NCBI GenBank assembly: GCA_038740425.1 | Contig: JAVYLV010000003.1 | Span: 1 to 41,294, forward strand | DNA: 41,294 nucleotides | From: Thermoplasmatota archaeon | Lineage (GTDB): Archaea; Thermoplasmatota; E2; DHVEG-1 | Reading direction: 5' to 3' | Shown here: piece by piece, positions 13,223-21,989 of the stretch | How the letters are laid out: the number at the start of each line of letters is the position of its first letter | Numbering within the stretch: position 1 is the stretch's first letter | Position numbers and translations under genes: made by a program | The notes under the pieces: model-generated | The model's input: the letters and a program-made list of their open reading frames with translations, nothing else | What the model was told of the DNA's origin: nothing | Database searches by the model: none

Positions 13223-13376
13223 ATGTAAAACCCCTTTTATTATAATACATAATTAAACAATATGCTGCTGTAGCGAGAGGTTAAAAGTCTTACCCTCTAT
13301 ATAAATATATTTTATATATCATTTAATGTTATCCCTTTTTTAGATATCTGGAAAATAACCAAGGGGTAATGATATT

Positions 13377-14180
13377 ATGGATTGGGGTATGAAAAACAGG
13401 TTATCAAGGATAATTAAACCTAAGGATGGTCACACTGTAATGCTAGCTGTTGATCATGGATACTTTATGGGCCCTACAACAGGGTTAGAGGATCTAGGAG
13501 CAACAGTTAAACCTCTTCTGAGATACGCTGATACCTTGATGCTGACTCGTGGCGCATTGAGGAGCTATATAGATCCGAGAGTAGACATACCCATAGTTCT
13601 GAGGGTATCTGGTGGTACCAGTATCATAGGTAAAGAGTTGCTACATGAGGGTACAGTAGCGTCTATAGAGGAGGCTATAAGATTAAATGCTTCGGGTGTA
13701 GCATACTCTATACTAGTAGGTGCTGAATTTGAGAGGGATACACTTCTAGGTTTAACAAGTTACATAGATGAGGCTGAACGTTATGGTATACCTGTCCTAG
13801 CGGTTACAGCTGTTGGTAAAGATATGGTTAGGGATGATAAATATCTAAGTCTAGCTTCACGTATGGCGGCTGAGCTGGGTGCGCATATGGTTAAAACTTA
13901 TTACTGTAAAAACTTTGAAAAGGTTGTTGATACCTGCCCTGTACCTATAGTTATAGCTGGCGGTAAAAAGACATCAGAGCAGGAGGCTTTACAGATGGCG
14001 TATGATGCTATACAAGCTGGTGCTATCGGTGTTGACATGGGTCGTAACATATTCCAGAGTGAGAACCCTATAGGTATGATCAAAGCTGTGAAAGCTATTG
14101 TACATGATAAGGCTACACCTGATGAGGCTTTTGACATATTCAAAGAGGAACAAGTTAAAAGACAGAAGAAAGGAGGATAA
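13377..14180 (+). CDS. Class I aldolase of the DhnA/FbaB/LsrF family
   Basis: 267 aa. RLSRIIKPKDGHTVMLAVDHGYFMGPTTGLEDL closely resembles the LsrF/FbaB N-terminal region. The substrate cannot be inferred. Confidence 0.7.
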   Translation: MDWGMKNRLSRIIKPKDGHTVMLAVDHGYFMGPTTGLEDLGATVKPLLRYADTLMLTRGALRSYIDPRVDIPIVLRVSGGTSIIGKELLHEGTVASIEEAIRLNASGVAYSILVGAEFERDTLLGLTSYIDEAERYGIPVLAVTAVGKDMVRDDKYLSLASRMAAELGAHMVKTYYCKNFEKVVDTCPVPIVIAGGKKTSEQEALQMAYDAIQAGAIGVDMGRNIFQSENPIGMIKAVKAIVHDKATPDEAFDIFKEEQVKRQKKGG

Positions 14181-14266
14181 AAAAAACTTCTTTTTACAAT
14201 CCTCTTTATCTCCATATTTTTTGGGCATTGACAATGTTTTTTTAATAATAGAGAAGAGGTAAATTT

Positions 14267-15307
14267 ATGGTTAACATGAAGGTTGCTATGTACTATAATA
14301 ATAATGATGTACGGATAGAGGAGATGCCTGTACCATCTATCAAGGATGATGAGTTACTGGTAAAGATACATGCTAGTGGTATATGCGGTAGCGATGTCAT
14401 GGAATGGTATAGGATAAAGAAAGCACCTCGTGTTCTAGGTCATGAGATTGCAGGTGAGATTGTTGAGATAGGTAGAAAAGTGAAAGGTTATAAAAAAGGT
14501 GATCGGGTCTTTGTATCACATCATGTACCATGTAACTCATGCTACTATTGTGTTAACAATCAACATACCCTCTGTCGTATGCTTCATACTACTAATTTTC
14601 ATCCTGGTGGTTTCGCGCAGTATATACAAGTACCAGGTGTTAACATAGAGAAGAAAGGGGTCTTATTGCTTCCTTCTAATATGAGTTATCAGGAGGCTGT
14701 ATTCATTGAGCCTTTAGCATGTGTTATACGTGGTTTACATGTAGCATGTGTAAAACCAGGTCAGAGCATGATAGTGGTTGGTGCTGGTATATCTGGTTTA
14801 CTCCATGTTAAACTAGCTAATGTTTTAAAGATTAAAAGGGTTTTAGCAGTTGATGTAAGCGATTATCGTTTAACTGTAGCTAAGAGTTTTGGTGCTTATG
14901 CTGCTTTTAAACCATCAGAGGCTACACTTAACAATATAAAGGATGTTAATGAGGGTGAACTACCTGATATTGTTGCTATATGTACTGGTGCACCATCAGC
15001 TATAGAGAATGCTCTAGGTTTTGTTAGACCTGGGGGTGTGGTTTTATTCTTCGCGCCACCTGAGCCAGGTGTTAAAATCCCGTTTTCATTGTTTGATCTA
15101 TGGAATAAACAAGTTAGGATGGTTTCTACTTATGCTGGTAGCCCAAGTGATCTTAAAGAGGCTTTGGATATCATCTCCTCTAAAAGGATAACTGTAACTG
15201 ACATGATTACACATAAGCTACCTTTATCGGAAACGGCTGAGGGGTTTAGATTAGTAGCAAAAGCTGATAAGTCGATAAAGGTTATAATAGAACCTCAGAG
15301 GTTGTAA
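14267..15307 (+). CDS. Zinc-dependent medium-chain alcohol/polyol dehydrogenase
   Basis: 346 aa. Motifs: GHEIAGEIVEIG, the structural-Zn cluster CNSCYYCVNNQHTLC, and the Rossmann motif VVGAGISGL. An alternative start ATG is at 14276. Confidence 0.8.
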   Translation: MVNMKVAMYYNNNDVRIEEMPVPSIKDDELLVKIHASGICGSDVMEWYRIKKAPRVLGHEIAGEIVEIGRKVKGYKKGDRVFVSHHVPCNSCYYCVNNQHTLCRMLHTTNFHPGGFAQYIQVPGVNIEKKGVLLLPSNMSYQEAVFIEPLACVIRGLHVACVKPGQSMIVVGAGISGLLHVKLANVLKIKRVLAVDVSDYRLTVAKSFGAYAAFKPSEATLNNIKDVNEGELPDIVAICTGAPSAIENALGFVRPGGVVLFFAPPEPGVKIPFSLFDLWNKQVRMVSTYAGSPSDLKEALDIISSKRITVTDMITHKLPLSETAEGFRLVAKADKSIKVIIEPQRL

Positions 15308-15323
15308 CCCTATCTAAGATAGT

Positions 15324-16607
15324 TCACTCTATAATCTTTGTTAATTCCTCTTGCAAATGTTTAATGGTTTCTTTCTTCTGTTTTAACTCATTCTCCAGCA
15401 TTCTAATATATGCATCCTTGTCATCTTCCTGTCTCTGCATTTCACCATAAGCATTTACTCTATCATACGAGGATAATTGATTTTTTATCAACTGTCTTTT
15501 TATATCCTCTACTATTTTATCCTCTAATAGCTCAGCGATCATAGATGTTAATGATTCTTGTTTATGATGAAGGGATAATGATTTATTGTATTGTTTTGTC
15601 TCATCTGCATCCTCCATCGTTGATGTACGACTCCTCTCAGTATAATTAGAATCAGCTTCATCTTTGGTATCCATCATCTTAACTGACATATCATATTTCT
15701 CTAACCCTAGTCTTCCTATAATTGTATTATCAAGTCTCTTTATAAGATCCATGCATCTGGTAATGAGTAGGTCAAGTATTTTTATTCTTCTTCGTTTATC
15801 CATGATCTCCTCTGAGAATTCATGTCGGCTTATACCATCAGCTACACGTTTCTTTATTATATCCAGTATCTCATTGTTTAAACGTTCTTTCTGCTCCTCG
15901 TACACCATCATACTGTGTCTAAGTGTTTCTCTTAGTTTCACACAGGCGTTAATATCTATGATTATCTCAGGGTTTATACTATTTAGAAAACTATTCATCT
16001 CTTCTTTTTTTATCCTAGATGATAAATAAGCTAGTTCAGGTGTTATACGTTCTTTGAACTCTATTCTCTCTATTGTTTTAACTGCATCGATGTACCATCT
16101 CGGTGTAAGGATTAAACCTTTTTTATCCTCTATGAATTGATCAATTGGGAGTTGTAGAATTGCATCTGAATTCTTATCCTTTATCTCGTAGCCTATAACC
16201 TCGTCATTGTACTCGTTGTATATGAGAGAGTAAATAACTCCTATCAGATCACCGTTTTCCTCCAGGTAGACTTTTTTACCCAGGTTACGTTTCTTCGGTT
16301 TTGATGAGGTTTTGGGAGTTAACACTATTTTCTTTTTTCTGATTTTTTTTATTCTTATTTTTTTATGGCTTATCTTTCCATCTTTTTGGTATTCATCAAC
16401 TGTTTTTAATAAAGAGGAGGGGATTGTGTTGTTTACATCTTTGATAATACTATCCTGTGTTTTTATTAAAACTGGTTCAAAGTTTTTGTACTTATTATAC
16501 ACACTCTCTTCTTTTCTTGTTCTATAGTCTTTTCTTTGTTTAATGATCTTCTCCTCGTATAATCTATCGATCTTATCCTCTATCGTCTCAGTGGTTTCAT
16601 ATATCAT
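15324..16607 (-). CDS. PRC-barrel-like domain protein with Lys-rich N-terminal region and long coiled-coil C-terminal region (CdvA-like architecture)
   Basis: 427 aa. The Lys-rich segment is KKIRIKKIRKKKIVLTPKTSSKPKKRNLGKK. The PRC-barrel-like segment is VYLEENGDLIGVIYSLIYNEYNDEVIGYEIKDKNSDAILQLPIDQFIEDKKGLILTPRWY. About 250 aa of helical/heptad-rich sequence follow. Coding status is solid; the family call is tentative. Confidence 0.45.
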   Translation of the reverse strand: MIYETTETIEDKIDRLYEEKIIKQRKDYRTRKEESVYNKYKNFEPVLIKTQDSIIKDVNNTIPSSLLKTVDEYQKDGKISHKKIRIKKIRKKKIVLTPKTSSKPKKRNLGKKVYLEENGDLIGVIYSLIYNEYNDEVIGYEIKDKNSDAILQLPIDQFIEDKKGLILTPRWYIDAVKTIERIEFKERITPELAYLSSRIKKEEMNSFLNSINPEIIIDINACVKLRETLRHSMMVYEEQKERLNNEILDIIKKRVADGISRHEFSEEIMDKRRRIKILDLLITRCMDLIKRLDNTIIGRLGLEKYDMSVKMMDTKDEADSNYTERSRTSTMEDADETKQYNKSLSLHHKQESLTSMIAELLEDKIVEDIKRQLIKNQLSSYDRVNAYGEMQRQEDDKDAYIRMLENELKQKKETIKHLQEELTKIIE

Positions 16608-16935
16608 ATAGTTCCTTTATCCCTCATCCTCTTAAGATATAGCTCCACATACCCCTTTTTTTATTTATTATTAAAGGTTAGTAATGTTTTTTGTTGTTTT
16701 TAATATTTCGTGTTGTGCCAGCATTTTACAAAAAAATCATGAATAATTCATAGAATTGGTGAATAGATTTAATATTTTTTATGGATAAAATGAGAAAACA
16801 AAGTTTGTTTAATGCTTTTTTTACTTGCCGAACTATTTGAATTAATGAAAAAACGTTTTTTATCATTTTTTCATCTCAACTGAAAACTTGTTAGAATATC
16901 AAAGATTTATAAGAAAATACATCATATCGGTACTG

Positions 16936-17817
16936 ATGAGGAAGATAAAAGCTGTATGGGAGTTGATGAGACTTGAGCATGGTTTTATGATAGCTTTAGC
17001 TGTTCTCATCGGCTCGGTTATATCAATAAAATCTTTACCATCTGTTGATGTTTTTATCTTTACTTTTCTCACGGCGTTATTACTTGAGGCTAGTACATTT
17101 GCTCTTAATGATTACTATGATCTTGAGATAGATAAGTTGAATAACAGGGTTGATAGACCATTGGTACGTGGTGATATAAGACCTGAGACTGCTCTCTACA
17201 TATTCTATGTTCTATTCCCTCTGGGTATATTATCCTCTTATCTTGTTAATCTCACTTGTTTCATGATGGCATTGGTGACTGGTTTATTCGCTATAATATA
17301 TGATATATTTTTTAAAAGAGTTAAAGTGATAGGTAATATATTTATCGCTTATACTATGGCTATACCTTTCATCTTCGGCGCTGTATCAGTCACTAGCGAT
17401 GATTTTCTATCGTTGGGTATGCAGTCTGCTGTGTTTATACTCGCTCTGATCGCTTTCTTTGCTGGTGCAGGACGCGAGATAATGAAGGATGTCATGGATT
17501 ATGCTGGTGATAAGGCAAAAGGTGTTAGATCTTTACCACGTTATATCGGTGTGTATGCATCTAATATAGTATCGGTCTTTTTTTATCTAGTTGCTATCCT
17601 CCTGAGTTTTCTACCGTATTTTCTACCTCGTTATGATTCTTATTATAACAACTCTTATTATCTGATGTTTATCCTGGTTACTGATGTTCTGCTTCTACGT
17701 ACATCGCTTCATCTGACATTTAAAAAGAAACCTGACTTTATCTTTCATAGGCGTCTTACTCTGTTCGCGTTGTTCATTGGTCTTATAGGTTTCTTAGTTG
17801 GTGCTCTCACAGGTTGA
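16936..17817 (+). CDS. UbiA-family prenyltransferase, probable digeranylgeranylglyceryl phosphate synthase
   Basis: Multi-TM protein with NDYYDLEIDKLNNRVDRPLVRG and a second Asp-rich motif KDVMDYAGDKAKG. The listed ORF opens at TTG 16888. The ATG at 16936 (MRKIKAVWELMRLEHG) is the more typical N-terminus. Confidence 0.75.
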   Translation: MRKIKAVWELMRLEHGFMIALAVLIGSVISIKSLPSVDVFIFTFLTALLLEASTFALNDYYDLEIDKLNNRVDRPLVRGDIRPETALYIFYVLFPLGILSSYLVNLTCFMMALVTGLFAIIYDIFFKRVKVIGNIFIAYTMAIPFIFGAVSVTSDDFLSLGMQSAVFILALIAFFAGAGREIMKDVMDYAGDKAKGVRSLPRYIGVYASNIVSVFFYLVAILLSFLPYFLPRYDSYYNNSYYLMFILVTDVLLLRTSLHLTFKKKPDFIFHRRLTLFALFIGLIGFLVGALTG

Positions 17818-17824
17818 GTTATAT

Positions 17825-18502
17825 ATGAGTAGTGGTGATATTCTAGGTTTAATCATTGTGTATCTTTATGTATCTATCTTAGTCTTTATCAGCGAGAAGA
17901 TTCTATCTAGAAGATACCCTATAATGGGTCGTAAGTTCCTACATATTATGACTGGTAACATAGCTTTTATTCTACCGTTGTTTACTACAAGGGAGATCAT
18001 GGTTTTTTTAGCTGCCGCCCCTTTTATAATTTTAACTTTTTTAATCAGCCCTTATTCTACTTTAAAAAAATTACAGATTAGAGCTTCTAAAGCTGGTCAT
18101 GGTTTAGGTTTGGTGTATTATTCTATAACATGGACTATCTTAGCGTATATATTCTTTGATCAGAGGGAGGTTATAGCTATAGGTATATTAGCCATGTCGT
18201 ACGGTGATGGTTTGGCGTCTCTTATTGGTGAGAGATACGGTAGACAGAGATACAATGTATTAGGTGATGTTAAAAGTTATGTAGGTTCATGTATCATGGT
18301 GTTATCCACTTTGATATGTATGATATCAGCGTTAATATTCTACCATGTGTCACTCTTATATAATACAATATTTTATCTTATATTAATAGCTCTTGCAGCT
18401 GGTCTAGCAGAAGGAGTGACACCTAAAGGATTAGATAATATAACCGTTCCTTTTTTAACAGTGTTTTTATACTATTTATTCAGTTTTAAGGGTTTGATAT
18501 GA
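17825..18502 (+). CDS. CTP-dependent polyprenol (dolichol/phytol) kinase-like membrane protein, cytidylyltransferase family
   Basis: Multi-TM protein with the motif MSYGDGLASLIGERYG, characteristic of Sec59/VTE5-type kinases. The ATG at 17825 lies 8 nt after the UbiA stop. The stop overlaps the next start (ATGA at 18499-18502). Confidence 0.55.
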   Translation: MSSGDILGLIIVYLYVSILVFISEKILSRRYPIMGRKFLHIMTGNIAFILPLFTTREIMVFLAAAPFIILTFLISPYSTLKKLQIRASKAGHGLGLVYYSITWTILAYIFFDQREVIAIGILAMSYGDGLASLIGERYGRQRYNVLGDVKSYVGSCIMVLSTLICMISALIFYHVSLLYNTIFYLILIALAAGLAEGVTPKGLDNITVPFLTVFLYYLFSFKGLI

Positions 18503-19092
18503 AGCTGGTTATAATTGATGGTCTTGATGGTGTAGGTAAGGATACCCATGCTCAACTTATTAAAAGGAGGTATGAGGATAAAGGTTTAAAAGTGCTTGTT
18601 CGTTCTCACCCTGAGTCTGATAATTTTTATGGTAGAACAGCTAAGAAGGCTTTATTGAAAACTGGTCTGCTTAATCATATAAAAGCTTCTTTATTTTATG
18701 CTCTTGATATTCTATATTCATTGAAATGTTACTATTATTCAAAAGATAGTGATATAGATATTTTAATCATGGTTCGTTATCTTATGGGTACAGCCTATCT
18801 ACCTAGGAGGCTAGTAGGTTTATCTTATCTATTCTTTATCAGGTTTGTCCCGCTTTCAGATTACATGTTCTTCCTTGATGCTGATCCTGTTGTTTTATCA
18901 TCTCGTGTTAAGGGTAGATCAGAGATTGAGATGTTTGAAAATCTTGATGAGTTCATAAAGCTACGTGCAAAAGCGATCATGTTGGTAAATAAATGGAGAG
19001 AGCATTGGCATATTATAGATACATCAGGGTCTATAGATGAGACCTATGGTTCTATATCGTGTATACTAGACGAGTTAGATAAAAAAGAATAA
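18499..19092 (+). CDS. Divergent thymidylate-kinase-like P-loop kinase
   Basis: 197 aa. The P-loop is IDGLDGVGKDT (KDT rather than K[ST]T). VRY replaces the Tmk DR[YFH] motif. The LID-like segment is SRVKGRSEIEMFE. Substrate unknown. Confidence 0.5.
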   Translation: MKLVIIDGLDGVGKDTHAQLIKRRYEDKGLKVLVRSHPESDNFYGRTAKKALLKTGLLNHIKASLFYALDILYSLKCYYYSKDSDIDILIMVRYLMGTAYLPRRLVGLSYLFFIRFVPLSDYMFFLDADPVVLSSRVKGRSEIEMFENLDEFIKLRAKAIMLVNKWREHWHIIDTSGSIDETYGSISCILDELDKKE

Positions 19093-19185
19093 AGAAGAGA
19101 GCGGGGGTTTTATGGACTGCTCTAACCATGGTTTCTTCGCGTACCCTCTAAAGCAAATCCACCTCCACGCTTCCCCCGTAATAGA

Positions 19186-19593
19186 TCATTTTATCATATG
19201 TTGTACTATCTCTCTTAGATATGGTACAGTATGATACCTTTTTATATCATTTGGTTTTATCCAACGGTACTCTGTATGTTCCCAATCTATATGTATTTTA
19301 TGGTTTTTTCTGAGTTTAAATAGAAAAGGGTGTATGACCCATTCATATAGCTGATTCTCATAGGTATCTTCTACCTTGACTGGTTCACCTTTATTTATGA
19401 GTTCCACGTGATCAGGTTTTATACCTGTCTCCTCTTTGATCTCTTTTAATGCTCTCTCATATGGTTCCTCATCAGGGTCAATGTATCCTGCTATAACACC
19501 CCACCAGCCTTTATATGTTTTAACCTTTTTGCTTCTCTTTAGTATCAAGAGTCTGTCTTTATGTAGAAGTAGACATGATACCACATTAGGCAT
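19186..19593 (-). CDS. Nudix hydrolase
   Basis: 135 aa with the Nudix box GYIDPDEEPYERALKEIKEETGI. Confidence 0.85.
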   Translation of the reverse strand: MPNVVSCLLLHKDRLLILKRSKKVKTYKGWWGVIAGYIDPDEEPYERALKEIKEETGIKPDHVELINKGEPVKVEDTYENQLYEWVIHPFLFKLRKNHKIHIDWEHTEYRWIKPNDIKRYHTVPYLREIVQHMIK

Positions 19594-19618
19594 ATTTTAA
19601 GGCACCACTATTTTTTTA

Positions 19619-20455
19619 CTAGAATTTTTTACATATATAAGATATGACTGATTCGAATACTGCTTTACCATCACCTATGTTATCGCTTATACCTGTTTGT
19701 GTCCAGTTTGGATGTTGATGTTTGTAATATACCCGCTCAGGGTGAGGCATCATACCAAATACGTTCCCTATATGGTTGCATATACCCGCTATGTTTGATA
19801 TGGACCCATTAGGGTTCCAGGGGTAACCATCATAGTCACCATTAGGGTTAACATATTTGAATACTATTTGATCATTTTCCTCTAACTTTTTTAAGTAATA
19901 ATCTTGTTTATCTAATGGGAATAGGAGTTTACCTTCAGCGTGTGCACTGGGTATGAGTCTTATCTCGTCTTTTTTTATCTTAGTTGTGAATACACATCTA
20001 CCTTTGTTTTCATGTTTAAGTAGTGTGGGTCTGCATTCAAACCTGTTAGAATCATTGATGGTTAAGCATGCGTCAGGGGTGTCAGTTATGAAGGTATCAA
20101 TACCTGGTAGTAATCCTAGCTCTATTAGTACCTGGAAGCCGTTGCATACACCTAGTATAGGATACTCTTGTGATACGTATTCTTTTATTTTGTCGTATAG
20201 TTTACTCTTTATACGCGCTGCGAATATAGCACCTGCTCTTATATAGTCACCAGCTGAGAAACCTCCTGGTATCATTAAGCATTGGTAGTCAAATAGGTCT
20301 CTTTTCTCGTATTTGTCGCAGTCGATATGTAATAGTTGTTTGAGATGTACGAACTCTGGTTTTACCCCTAAGCGTTTGAATGCATCGTAGGATTCTTGTT
20401 CGCAGTTTGTTCCTTCTATGCGGAGTACACCTACTCTGATATCTTTCATCTTCAC
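19619..20455 (-). CDS. purQ: Phosphoribosylformylglycinamidine synthase I (glutamine amidotransferase subunit)
   Basis: 278 aa. Motifs: RVGVLRIEGTNCE, the nucleophile LGVCNGFQVL, and MMPHPER near the C-terminus. Confidence 0.85.
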   Translation of the reverse strand: MKMKDIRVGVLRIEGTNCEQESYDAFKRLGVKPEFVHLKQLLHIDCDKYEKRDLFDYQCLMIPGGFSAGDYIRAGAIFAARIKSKLYDKIKEYVSQEYPILGVCNGFQVLIELGLLPGIDTFITDTPDACLTINDSNRFECRPTLLKHENKGRCVFTTKIKKDEIRLIPSAHAEGKLLFPLDKQDYYLKKLEENDQIVFKYVNPNGDYDGYPWNPNGSISNIAGICNHIGNVFGMMPHPERVYYKHQHPNWTQTGISDNIGDGKAVFESVISYICKKF

Positions 20456-20547
20456 AGTTGTGTTTCACCCTTTTACTTCAGAATCTTTTTTTGATTCTAA
20501 CACAATTTTTTTTGTACTTCTAGACCGTAAATCTCTATCTTTTATAT

Positions 20548-21879
20548 ATGACTTATGATTACCAGTTAGCGATTATAATGAAGGATGATAGGGAGCGTTG
20601 GAATAGTAAAATAGGTTTTATATTAGCGACTATAGGGTCAGCTGTTGGTATAGGTAACATATGGCGTTTCTCATCTGTAGTAGGGCAGAATGGTGGAGGA
20701 GCTTATCTTATACCGTATCTGATAGCTGTATTCATATTTGCTATCCCATTGATGATACTTGAGTTGACTATAGGGCGTTATTATCAGAGTGATGTTATCA
20801 CAGCTTTTCGTAAGGTGAATGAGAAGTTCAGGTTCTTAGGATTGGTGATTTGTGTAGTAGTGCTGTTGATACTCAGTTATTATCTTGTTATAACAGGTTG
20901 GACTCTGGGTTATTTCATATCGTATTTAACCAGCAAGGATATAGCGTTCTTGGGTTTCACCTCGTCTTATACACCTGTTTTGTATTTTATAGTAACAGCT
21001 TTGATAACAGGTTTGGTTGTATCTTTAGGTGTGAAGAAGGGTATTGAGAAGGTATCAACAATCCTTATACCTTTTTCGATAATAATATTGCTAGTGTTAG
21101 TTTTCTTTGCTTTCACCCTTGACGGTTTCAATGATGGAGTCAGTTTTCTTTTCACGCCTGATTTCTCAGTGTTATCTGATCCTTTGTTATGGGGTGCGGC
21201 TTTTGGTCAGGCGTTCTTCTCATTATCAGTTGGTTTTGGTACACTTATCACTTATGGTAGTTATCTTGATAAAGGTGTTAACATACCTTGTTCATCTGTT
21301 ATCATAACGCTCTCTGATTTGTTAGTAGCTATATTAGCAGGTTTAACTATTTTCCCTATAGTGTTTACCTTTGGTTTACAACCAGGTATGGGTGCTGAGT
21401 TAGCTTTCTCTACTTTGCCGAAAGCTTTTGAGATTATGGCTTATGGTCAGATCTTAGCGTTGTTGTTCTTTTTGTTGTTATTCTTTGCTGCTTTAACGTC
21501 AGCTATTGGTATGTTGGAGGTGGGTGTAGCAGCTTTTAGTGATACTACAGGGTTGTCGCGTAGAAGAACAAGTTTGATACTTACAGTGATACTTGTGTTT
21601 ATTGGTTTACCCTCTGCTCTTAGTTACACGTCGATGAATCTAAGTATAGGTGGTGTTAAGATACTTGATCTAATGGATGAGACGTTAGGTACTTATGGTC
21701 TTTTGTTCACTGCGTTTTTTACCTCTGTGGTTTTCACATGGTTCCTGGATAAAGAATTCATGTATGATGAGTTAAAGGATGCAGAGGGATGGGTTAGGAT
21801 AGTGTATCCTGCGGTGAAATATATTATACCGTTTGTGCTTGTTGTAACGTTGATATCTAAGATAATGGTTAAAATCTGA
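20548..21879 (+). CDS. Sodium-dependent transporter, SNF/NSS family
   Basis: 443 aa with about 11-12 TM helices. The NSS signature is NSKIGFILATIGSAVGIGNIWRFSSVVGQNGGGAYLIPY. Confidence 0.85.
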   Translation: MTYDYQLAIIMKDDRERWNSKIGFILATIGSAVGIGNIWRFSSVVGQNGGGAYLIPYLIAVFIFAIPLMILELTIGRYYQSDVITAFRKVNEKFRFLGLVICVVVLLILSYYLVITGWTLGYFISYLTSKDIAFLGFTSSYTPVLYFIVTALITGLVVSLGVKKGIEKVSTILIPFSIIILLVLVFFAFTLDGFNDGVSFLFTPDFSVLSDPLLWGAAFGQAFFSLSVGFGTLITYGSYLDKGVNIPCSSVIITLSDLLVAILAGLTIFPIVFTFGLQPGMGAELAFSTLPKAFEIMAYGQILALLFFLLLFFAALTSAIGMLEVGVAAFSDTTGLSRRRTSLILTVILVFIGLPSALSYTSMNLSIGGVKILDLMDETLGTYGLLFTAFFTSVVFTWFLDKEFMYDELKDAEGWVRIVYPAVKYIIPFVLVVTLISKIMVKI

Positions 21880-21989
21880 ACAAGGTGTTTTACATCTGGG
21901 TTCTTGTTTGTTATAATTTATGCATGTTGATGTGTAGGTGTATATACTAAGGGATATGTATCTGCATAAAAGGTATTTAAAAGATTTGT

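Noticed and set aside
12603-13256. 217-aa plus-strand ORF
   Set aside because: It is fully antisense to pepD, which has clear M20 motifs. It is Ser/Pro/Phe-rich and low in complexity, and no SD is present.
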